From Eledone cirrhosa (taxonomy: Eukaryota), in the NCBI GenBank assembly GCA_964016885.1, contig OZ024743.1, forward strand, positions 30,256,001-30,320,000: DNA of 64,000 nt, in the 5' to 3' direction. The notes under the pieces were generated by a model. It did no database searches. It saw nothing but the letters and a program-made list of their open reading frames with translations, and was not told the DNA's origin. The translations under genes and the position numbers were made by a program. Below are positions 53,738 through 64,000 of this stretch, one piece after another. Numbering within the stretch: position 1 is the stretch's first letter; every line of letters starts with the position of its first letter.

Positions 53738-54069
53738 CCATTGCATTATTGTAATAAAATAATAAAAGTGTAATCTAATAAATGTATTCTTACCTTATAA
53801 AGTATGTGGTATGATTGCTCGACAATAATAAAGCGCATATTCGTCAATAGAGAAATCCAAAACCATCGTCACTCACTGTAAACGAAACAGCCACTAACGT
53901 ACAAAGCGCTTCTCCATACAAAGCGCTTTACCAGAGCGTTCACGGAAAAAAAGATGTTTGTGGTATTAATTATAGGAATAGACTGAATTTACTCAATAAA
54001 TTCAATACATTTTAAAATACGATTGGGAGCGGGGTTTTCTTGGAAGATAGGTAAAATCCAACATTTCAA

Positions 54070-54130
54070 CTTGAAAATTTGGGGCTCATATTATACGCCA
54101 AGTAGCCTTATACGCCAGCATATACGGTAA
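54070..54130. mobile_element. Terminal fragment of a Tc2/pogo-like non-autonomous element
   Basis: TTATACGCC..CTTATACGCCAGCATATACGGTA end, resembling CCGTA-type TIRs with a repeated subterminal motif. No partner TIR was found. Confidence 0.45.
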
Positions 54131-55044
54131 GCAGAGTGAGTGAGGAAAAGCTAACAATATTGGTTCTGATTGCGCTGACAAAGTGAAGGAAAATAAATCT
54201 AGACCCAAGAAAATTATGCCTACATACAGCGACCATCTCAGAATGACAAAAAAGGACTTGTAATCTGTGATATAGAAATCTCCTAAAGGAGCAGCCCAAT
54301 AGTAATCTGATGGATTTTATTAGCTATGACCATCGGAAAAATGTCCTACTATCGCAATATTAATTAATACCTATAATAACAGATGCACCAGAAATAATTA
54401 ATGACGACATGCAAAATACTTTAGTATTTACAAATATGAAACAAGCAGTAAATATCACGGTTAGACACTGCACACATTTTATGAAACGTACTTTCCATAC
54501 AATAGAAAATTATAAATATAAATAAAAAAAACACTGCATTTACCCACCACACACCGTACTACGCTCTTTAGTGATGTGAACGTATGCAATAGAAATAAGG
54601 CTATTGAAAAATAATAATATCCACTATAGATTTCCAAAGATATATCTTATTTCAAGCTTCAATAAAAATAGTTTGAAAGCTCAAGTATGTAACAATAGCA
54701 AATATAATGATGCCGTATTGAATCACATGAAATCTAAATACCTTTGCCTATTACCTGTAGCTTTTATTCCTTTGGTGTTTCCATAAAGCTTATGTTGAAA
54801 CGATGTAATTTAAACATTTTTTAATACCGTAGAGAAATATTGATATTTTTTTCTTCTCATCTTTTCCTTTACCTCATATTAAATTCGATAAAGCGGAATG
54901 GCGGGTATAAAAGAAATATTCATTCTCACAAAACTTTTTTAAACAAGTTTCAGCAATTATATTGTTACTAAAGCAATAGAAATAGAAACAACAAATAAAA
55001 TTTCATAAAAGCGAATCTGATTAAACTTATCCGCACTCTCACTC

Positions 55045-55214
<170 letters not shown>

Positions 55215-57099
55215 CTCATGAAGGAGGAGGTAAGAATAAAAAGAACTATTTCAGAACCCTTAAATAAATATATTTAGCTAAATCTCTAAACGTTAGTGAC
55301 TATACGGAAAATAATATAGTTTTCACGGCGTATAGGATGTCAGAATTAAGTGTTGAGCCCAAAGTGAATTCTTTCCGAATACCATTAAGAAAATAATCTA
55401 TTTGATCTTTGGATTTCCGACCTACGTTTTATGTATTAGATTATAGATTAAACGCTTTTATTCCATTCGTTTCATTTATATTCCTCTTTCATTAACGTAA
55501 GCTATTTAAAAGCGTGATGAAATGCATTTCATAAAAGAATATAGTTTCAGGCTTCTCTAGATTATTATATCACAATAGTGAATTTGAGTTGGTTAATTTC
55601 AATAATAATAATAATAAGTATAATAATACTAATACTAATAATAATTATTATTATCATTATTATTATTGTAATAATTATTATTATTATCTATGACTGACAT
55701 TTTGCATTGTATATGTAGCTTGTGTACACTGTGTCATATAAAGTATATATTTCTAATATATCTTGTGCAACGTAAATGCTGATTGTCCTTCTCACATGTA
55801 CGATAGACTCAATTATTTCGTGAAAGTATCTTTGGACAGGTAACTAAAAGGGGTATCATATGGATTTAAGTGGAGTTCGTGCTTTGTTAAAAGAATCGCT
55901 TGCAGAAGCGTTATACGAAATCTAGTTAGAAAAGTTGTATGTTTATGGTTGAACTATCATTGAGATATTGCCAATGAAGTGATTGTCTTTATCGGGATCT
56001 ATGTTTGTAGATATTCAGTAATAGAGTAGATATATATATTTCATAATATCGGAAATTTAGTCATTTTAATAGTGTTAGCAATGTTAAAATGCATGGCCAT
56101 GAATATTTAGATTCAGTCGAACATCAGGACGATTGTTGCGCTGAATATCTCACCGTTATCTGTTTTCCAAGTTCTAAACCAGCGGAGGTTAACTTTGCCG
56201 TTCACTGTTTTGGCGCAGGTAGATGAAGTAGAGTATTTGTTCTGGCATTCAGCATTTTGTGTTGGTTAGACTTCTCAAAATTAGCTTCTTTTTTTATTGT
56301 CCACTTTTAATAAATAGATGGTACAGCGCGTAGACAAGAATGAAATTACTTCAGATGCTGTGAAGTGTATTTTGTTGCAAGTAGATATGTTGGGATGAAA
56401 GATAGTAGCCAATTGAAATTCCTATTTATAGTCACTGTGTTGACGTGTCGACGAGAAGTATGAACATGTTTTATGGATATGTGCTTAAATCGTATACATC
56501 TGATTCACCTGAAATAAAAACAAAAAGGAATGTGACATAAAATATAAGGGAACATATTCAGTAATGCAAAGTATATAATCTATCTATCTACTGATTCGGA
56601 ATATCTCACGATTTCTACTTAGGGAATGTAGGACATTTAAAAACACTTTGCACATTATATCCATCTTTCTTCTGAAAAATTATAATTCGTTTTTGGAATG
56701 TTCGCTAGTCACGTATTTTAGGTTTTACTCTCAAATTGAATGATGTAATCTAAGATATCCAGTTGTACTGTAAAATACAGACATCCGCTGATGCAAATTT
56801 TAAAGTATATCTGATTTATTACATGTTTCGAGAATATTTCATGATGTGCTTTGTATTCTAATTTATCATCAACATAATCTGTTTATCATAAAGGATACAT
56901 AGGTCTCTGAAACCCACCATTTCTATTGTTTAAGGTCTTTCTGTAATCCGAGTCTAAGTAATCTCTTTAAGAAAAAGCATGGACCCGTAACTCCCGAAGT
57001 TGTGGTAGAGGTGCATCTGGTGGAGCGCATCTGCTCTCCATGACTGAATTCTGCAGATATCTTCCTGCGAAGGATAGATAGTAAGAGAATGGAAGGGAG

Positions 57100-57272
57100 A
57101 AAGAGATATAGAGTACGCATCGACTCTACTACTAAACTGATTCATTTTATCGACCTCGAATGCACGGAAGGTAAAGATGACTTCGGCGGGATATAAACTC
57201 AGAGAGGAGAGAGCCGACACGAATGTGCAAAGCATTCTATCCGACGTTCTAACTATTCTGCCAATTCACCGT
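57100..57272 (-). mobile_element. Older diverged SINE
   Basis: CATTTTATCGACCTCG..GAAGGTAAAG.TGAC.TCGGCGGGAT..AACTCAG...TTCTGCCA. Confidence 0.75.
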
Positions 57273-57829
57273 CTATTTCTGATAAGACTACACTAGACAT
57301 AAATAGTAAAAATTAGAGCCATATAGGCGTAGATCACAATAACCCGTAAGAATACTCCATAATAGAAGAAACAGATGAAATACAACCACGGTAACTGAAA
57401 TAATTGAGAAAGGAATATTTAGATGTTTATGTAAAATTTAACAATGCTAAAAATGATATAAATGTGCTCTTCGTGCCAATTGCTTTTCACAGCTTCAATA
57501 TAATTAAATAGAAACTATGTGTGCTGAAATATTTAGAAAGAAATCTACTGAAATCTTAATGAATAAGCTCTCCATTTCATTAGCAGACATAAAGAGAATA
57601 TGCCTTCTCCCCACACAGAAATGGATAGGAATATTAGATAGGAAAAAAAGTACTAGAAATATATAGCGGAAAACTGATAAATGTAATATTGAAACATGAA
57701 ATAAACAGAAATATGTACTCTATATACAATCTGAGAATAATATATAAAACACAGAAAAACTACGCCGAAACAATAAATTTAGATAATAATTTAAGCAAAA
57801 TTATTAAAGTCTCAACAGAAAAGAAATAA

Positions 57830-58110
57830 ACCTAGGTGAAAGACAACACTAACTCAGAAACTTTGGTACAAAATCAGAAACGGAAGGACGAACACTCACA
57901 GCACAAGATCAATAACTGGCCACAAACAACAACGAGAAAACAATCATGAAAATGTTTCCCAACACTAGATGCAGAATATGTAACCAGCGGAACGAGCCGG
58001 TCAGCTAGTTCATCTCTGGCTGCTCACTCTTTGACAAGTCTGAATATATACACAGACGTGATCGATTTGGCAGCTACATCCGCAGGGAAAAATGCCAAAA
58101 CTTTGAAAGC
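57830..58110 (+). mobile_element. R4/Dong-type non-LTR retrotransposon remnant
   Basis: SETEGRTLTAQDQ*LATN..EKTI...RCRICNQ.NE.V.*FISGC..FDKSEYIHRRD. Confidence 0.75.
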
Positions 58111-58244
58111 GGACGAGTTTCGGTATATACAATATATGGAAAATAGCACTACATACATATTACGATAGAATAAGGAAAAAAAACAAAAAAACATACCTAA
58201 GTCTCACAGATCTCTTCTCGGTAAAGCACAAGTGACATGCACTA

Positions 58245-58779
58245 ATAATAATTGTTGGCACAAGGCCAGCAACTTGAACGGGAGGGGAAATTCGATTAAA
58301 TCGACTCCAGTACATTACTGGTTCTTTATTTTATCGACCCCGTAAGGATGAAAGGTAAAGTTAACCTCGTCGGGATTTGAACTCATAATGTAAAGGTCCA
58401 TAACTCTATGCTGTGCAGCAGAGTGTCTGACACTCTACCAATACTGTCAATGCATGACCTTCTAATAATAATTGTTTCTACTTTTGGCTCAAGGCCAGCA
58501 ATTATCCAGTACATTACTGATACTCTATAATATCGACTGCCTAAGGATCAAAGGCAAAGTTAACCCCGGCGGGATTTGAAATCATAACCCTCTAATAATA
58601 ATAATGGTTTCTTATATAGTCATAACGACAGCAATTTTAGGAGGGGAAAGTCGATTAAATCGACTCCAGTACATTACTGATGCTTTATTTTATCAACCCC
58701 GTAAGGATCAAAGGCAAAGTTAACCTTGGCGGGAGTTGAACTCAGAACGTAAAGTCCCATAACTCTATGCTGTGCAGCA
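58245..58779 (-). mobile_element. Cluster of three SINE copies
   Basis: Family core at ~58245-58450, 58465-58590 and 58600-58779. The last copy is cut by the Tx1 3' end. Confidence 0.88.
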
Positions 58780-59034
58780 TAATGATTTCTTTATTAACCA
58801 TTAAGGGTTTACATAAAGTAGACATTAAGGACAGTGCAGGACAATGCAGGACGGTACAAATGGGCATTTCTGCGTGTAAAAAAACAAAAACAGAGGATGT
58901 AACAAAAATAACAATGAAAAATTCCCCAATAGGGGGGAGACTTCGGAGGGACATTTGTGGAGAAAGCCCAGTAAAAAGCCACAATGACCCTGACCACCAA
59001 GGCAAGTGCCCTCTCCCAGTTTTCCACCTTTAGT

Positions 59035-62000
59035 TTACAGATATATACTCAGAGTCGGCCCATTCACTCGGGCCATTCTTGCTTCTCTCACCCATCTTTC
59101 AACAAAATGCTGGGAAGAGAGCACTTCCCTCTCTACTCTGATTTTCCTTTTCAAATGAAATTTGAAAAAGTCAATCAGAGCATCACCGAAGAGGTAAGTG
59201 CTCGTCTTCAGCCCTTTCAAACGTGTCCACCATACTATCTCTTTCGCCATGGCCACCAGACAGATAAAAACTGCTTGCCCTTCCCGGCTAAAGGAGGAGG
59301 GCGGGGCAATCCTCACGATGGACTCAGATGATAGCTGGATCCGTCCTAAACGCGACAGCAGGTGTTCGACATAAACCCACAAGTCAGCAATTTTCGGACA
59401 CTGGACGAGTGCGTGCATGACGGTTTCGTCGCCCTGCGCGCATCTCGGACATGCCCGGCTGACGGCACCTCCATGCCTGTAGAGTTTATCCCGAACTGGC
59501 AAGGCTCCTCGGTAGCACTGCCAGGCCAGAGATTTCTGGAAGTTGTCCATAGGCCCTGGCCCGAAAGTTCTTCCGAAGAGATTGGCTAGTTGATTTTCGT
59601 CGACGCCTAGAGTTTCCCCAAGTACGTCGTCGCTCTTCCCCTCCACTAATCCTCTATAGAACGCCGAGGTGGAGTTTCCACCGATCACATTGCCCGATTG
59701 GTCGAGGGCTGTGAGCGCCTGAAGACATTCCAGTCTCCAGGCGCTCCCTCTCGGTCTTCGCTTGATCCAGGACTGCAGCTCCGTCAAGGAAACGAGCTGG
59801 GGAAAAACGCGTCTAGCAAACGGCGACCACACCTGATCACCGTCGAGGAAGAGGTGGAGATGTCGTAGCCTGAGCGCGTGCCTGCGCATCATCAGCCACG
59901 GCATGCCCAGCCCTCCACGTAGCGGGTGTTGACAACAGATGGACCGCCTGACCATCGGAGCACGTCCCTTCCACAAAAAGCGAAAGAGCAAACGCTCCAG
60001 CGCAGTCAGGCGAGGCTTAGGACAAGGTACGACGGTCAGGCGGTAGCAGATGACAGACGCGATGTACGCGTTAGCCACCTCCGCTCGACCTTTCAGGGAT
60101 AGCTTCCTCTCCGCCCATTTCTGGGTGAGAGAAGCCACCCTGCTCGTCACCTCGTCCCAGTTTTTGTCCGTCTGGAGGTCCGGACCGAACCAGACCCCTA
60201 GCAATTTAACCGGTCCGTCCGTCCAGCGCCCGACGACGCTGTTGGACGGCATGGACCTGCCTCTCCAGGTGCCGAGCTGCAGGCCCACTGACTTTTCCTG
60301 GTTGATCATTGCTCCTGTCACCGCTTCGTATTCTCTTAGTGTAGTGCCGATCGCCTCGATGTGTTTGGCGTTCGACACCACTATGGTGACATCATCGGCA
60401 TATGCTGACACGGATCTTCCGCATCCTAGTTCGCGCGGGACCCCCCTCAACGTCTCCAGTTTGTGCATTAATGGCTCGAGAGTCAATACGAACAATAGGG
60501 ACGAGAGGGGACATCCTTGGCGGACCGAGCGCATGATGTTGAACGGTTCCGAAAGGTGACCGTTCACTCTCACTACAGAGCAGATGTCGCTGTGCATGGC
60601 AGCGATCCAGCCTCTGAAGACGGGCCCAAAGCCAGCCGCCCTCAGGACTGCCGTTAGGTAACGATGGTCGACCCTATCGAAGGCTTTCGACTGATCTAAA
60701 TTGATCAAAGACCCACCCGTGCCAGGTTCCCTAGCTACCCTCTCTACGATGTATCGCATGAGGTGGAGGTTGTCGTGGATGAATCTGTCGTGAATGGCGC
60801 ATGTCTGTGCCTCTCCCACCAGACCACCAACGACAAGCGCCAACCTCTTTGCTAGCACCTTGGCCAAAATCTTGAACTCTGTGTTTAGCAGAGTTATGGG
60901 CCTAAAATTATCTATGTTATCCCCCTTGTTCGGATCCTTTCTCAGCAGCGCCACCGCTCCTCGGCTCACAGAGCTGGGAATTCTCCCGTTCTGTTGCCAG
61001 TTGCAGTAGACGTCCGCCAAGAGGCATCCGAACAAGTTTGGCATTTGTACGTAAAGTTCATAGGGCAGACCATCCAAACCAGGCGATTTACCCCTTGTGC
61101 AACAAGTCATTGCATCCCGTACTTCAGCTGTTGTTATCGGCTTCTCGCAACACTCCGCCTCAGTGGCCGAAAGCCGCGGCAGTCCGTCGAGGTAGACACT
61201 AATGTCCATCCCCGCCACTGCCCCCGAACAGTTGAGCGAAGTGTCGCTGAAAAGCTTCACACATTTGCCCGGGATCGAGTAGCATGCGCCCGTCGTGGTC
61301 CACCAAAGACCGGATAGTGGGTTTGTTGCCACGAGCGCCTCCGCCACTCGGGCCCATTGAACGGCTTTCGTCCCCTCGTGTCTGAGAGCACGCCCCCTAG
61401 CTCTGACAACGCAGCCTTCGTGCTTTGCATTGAAGAATTGGTCAAGGGCCAATTTCGCCGCAATTACGTCGGTCGCGATGCCTTTGCTAAGCGCCTCATC
61501 TAATTTTCTAACTAATTCTCCCTCTGCTCTATTTTTCTCTATTGCTAAAGTATTACTAAACCTAATGGACTCTATTCTAATTGCTCTTTTCAGAGCAAAC
61601 CACCACTTGTTGTTGACGATGGCCCCCGTCAACGCCCGCTTAACTAGTTCGCTAATCCGGTCTCTGTAGGCCTTGCGCGCTGGTAAGGACGCGTTTAGCT
61701 TCCAGTAGCCGGGTCCTCGTCTATGAAGCCTATCTAAGTCAAGCACACAGATCACGAATTTGTGGTCCGTGTAGCTGACTATCTTGAATTGTGGACAGCC
61801 TATGCTAGACCTATCTATTTCCCTACAAAATACTCTATCTAGATATGATCTGGATGACCCTATGCGATTTGCCAAGTCCACATTGGTACATTCGTGAAAT
61901 CCATTCGGTACCTGTCAGACAGTTCAAAACGTCTGAGCAGGTTGGTGAGACTCTTGCACCCTCCTTCCCTATCCACTAATCCCACACAATCCCAGCGTGC

Positions 62001-62442
62001 ATCTAAGATCCCGTTCCAGTCGCCCACTAACACTAAAGAGCGAGGACGTTCCAAGAAAGGTCTCCAGACGCCGGAAGAAATCAGGCCGCCCTGCTCCTGT
62101 CGGGCCATAGACGGCCACTAACCTGAAAGCTTGCCCGTCTCCGCTGGTCACGTCCAGCACCACCAACTTACCTTCTGGGTCCAGGAAGATGGCCCGTATG
62201 GCAAGATCCAAACCTCTCCGAAAAAGCACAGCTACTCCTCCCCCCGATCCCGGACGGCTGGGAGATGCGTACACATCGTAGCCGCCGAAGATCGGTGCGA
62301 AAGCCTGTGCCTCGGAGATTCTGGTCTCGCTGATGGCCACTACATCTATGTTTAGTGACCTGAGGTCGTTGACCAGGTGGCCCTGCTTCCATGACGACCC
62401 CAAGCCACGCGCATTTATGCTGCCTATTCTGAGTGAGGTCAT
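59035..62442 (-). pseudogene. LINE ORF2 (APE endonuclease, RT, C-terminal Cys/His motif) with a few frameshifts
   Basis: MTSLRIGSINARGL, LVGDWN, YLDRVF, TDH, FRPITLLN, SVRQGCPLS, AYADD, CPRC..ETVMHALVQCP. 948-aa open stretch, with frameshifts near 62050 and 61880 and a compensated pair near 61210-61335. Confidence 0.93.
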
Positions 62443-62476
62443 GTTGAAAAGGAGTTGAAAAGATGGGAAAGACCAC

Positions 62477-64000
62477 TTACCTTACTTCTCGTAGGGGAAG
62501 GACGGTTTTTCCATCCTTTTCACTGCTTGTGGCCTCCTCAGGAAGGATGTCCTTATAAATCCTCCTGGAGAGTGCTTGTCGGAAGTCTCCGATGTCTTTG
62601 GGGAATTTTTGTTTTAGTGTCATGTACGTTTTCTGTGTGATGCGAGTGATTTGTATGTGTGGAGGTGGTGTGAATTTTGGGGTTGTTGTGTAGTCTTTTT
62701 CTGTGATGCTGGTGTTGTGTTGGATGTAGTGTAATAATTGCTTGTTGTTCAAATTTAATGCTGTGTAGTGTGTATCGTTTTGGTTTTGTTTTGTTTGCGT
62801 TTGTTGTGGGTTTGTTTCTGTTTCGCATTTTGGTAACTTTGTGGTGTAGGTGATGGTGGTGTTGGAGTTAATGATGGTGATGGTGTTGGTGTTTGGGTTG
62901 ATGGGGTTGGTGATGCTGGTGTGGATGGTGGCATATCTGTCCTAACTTTTTTGTTTCTTAGTTTATTTGTTTCCCTCTGTATTTTATTTTTGGAGGGGAA
63001 AGGAAGAGAATTTTTTCTTTTTTGGTTTCTTTTTTTTTCCGGATATCGTTTCCCACTCCTCGTCGTCACAATCTGTCTCCAGTTGTGATAGGCCGGGGAG
63101 TGGAAAATCCTCCACAGCCGTTAGTTTTGGTTGTGGCGTGGTGGATGGTGTAGGCGCTGGTGCTAGTTCTGAAGCGTCGGGTGTTGGTGGTGTTGGTTTT
63201 GCTGGTGGTTGTGGTGGTGTTGGTTTTGCTACTGTTGCTGGGGTTGTTACTGTTATAGTTGCTTCTGTTGTTGCTGCTACAGTTGTTGCTGCCATCTCTG
63301 CTACTGGTGGTGTTGATGGTTGTGTCACTGGGGTGGGTAGGAGATGTGGCCTCAACATTTTAGCCTGAGGGCAGAAAGCCCTTAGATGTGTTCCTTCACC
63401 ACAAACGACACACCTAGGTCTTCTGCCCTCGACAATTACCGTGAGGTGGCTGCCGTCAGTGAGGTCTATTACCTCTGGGATCTCCTCAATGCTTTTTTGG
63501 TCCGCTTGGATCAGGAGCTCCATCCCAGATCCGGACCAGTTCTCCTGCTTTTCTTTTGCTATTGCTATTATTTTCGTGTTGGCTTCGATGCCGGCGAGGA
63601 CAGCCGCTATTAGCCAGGGAATTTCGATGGCCGGTGGAACGTGGGTCACCCTGATCTTTACGAGTCTCTGGCCACAATAGCTTGGGACGAGTGTGAAGTC
63701 GTCACTTCTTAATGGGGCCATGGAGTGTTCTCTAGCCTCCTCTGGTGTTTCAAAGAACACGTCCACGGTTCCATACTTTTGCCCACGTCTGATGTGGTTT
63801 TTTCTTGCCCACACATGTCCCAAAGCTTTTTGGATTTGGGACTCGGATGCCCGTTCCACTCGGCGCGATTTTACATTTAGTGTTCTATACGACACGGTGC
63901 ATAGGTGCCGATGCTCCATTTTATTAGGTGGGGGGGTTGAGGCTGACCCTGTACCCATCTTTTTTTACCATTTGTTTGGCATTTTCTAAATCCTCCTGAG
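62477..64000 (-). pseudogene. LINE ORF1 (RRM-like region, CCHC knuckle, Pro/Thr-rich linker, C-terminal domain) split over frames
   Basis: YGTVDVFFET, CVVCGEGTHLRAFC, EWETI, and YTALNLNNKQLLHYIQH...SRRIYKDIL. Confidence 0.85.

Larger units (their letters stand above)
58780..64000 (-). mobile_element. Tx1/L1-clade LINE, best-preserved copy, runs off the window
   Basis: Same family as 39479-44513. ORF1, ORF2, and a 3' UTR ending AATAAAGAAATCATTA. Confidence 0.95.

Noticed and set aside
56340-56510. Strong minus-strand splice acceptor TTTTTATTTCAG
   Set aside because: All frames close quickly, and there is no clear donor or homology.

Overview
AT-rich animal genomic DNA. The (TA)n/(CA)n density and the tRNA-head SINE family suggest an octopod cephalopod, but this is inference. 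No intact host gene is supportable, and the window is mostly retroelements. Penelope-like elements (PLEs): one near-full-length decayed copy (RT + GIY-YIG, direct pLTRs), five truncated Naiad-type copies (three bracketed by inverted pLTR copies), and many short pLTR stubs, most ending in (TA)n. LINEs: three Tx1/L1-clade copies (one with a nearly intact ORF2) plus RTE and R4/Dong remnants. Other elements: one complete DD37D (maT) Tc1/mariner and about a dozen SINEs. The most notable hidden structure is about 12 minimal type I hammerhead ribozyme motifs, one with a ~95-nt helix II. They sit in a size series of fold-back PLE insertions from ~2.9 kb down to ~0.2 kb hairpins, some capped by a pLTR from a different family. 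A few weak orphan exon candidates are noted. All pairings and alignments were done by eye, so boundaries are approximate.
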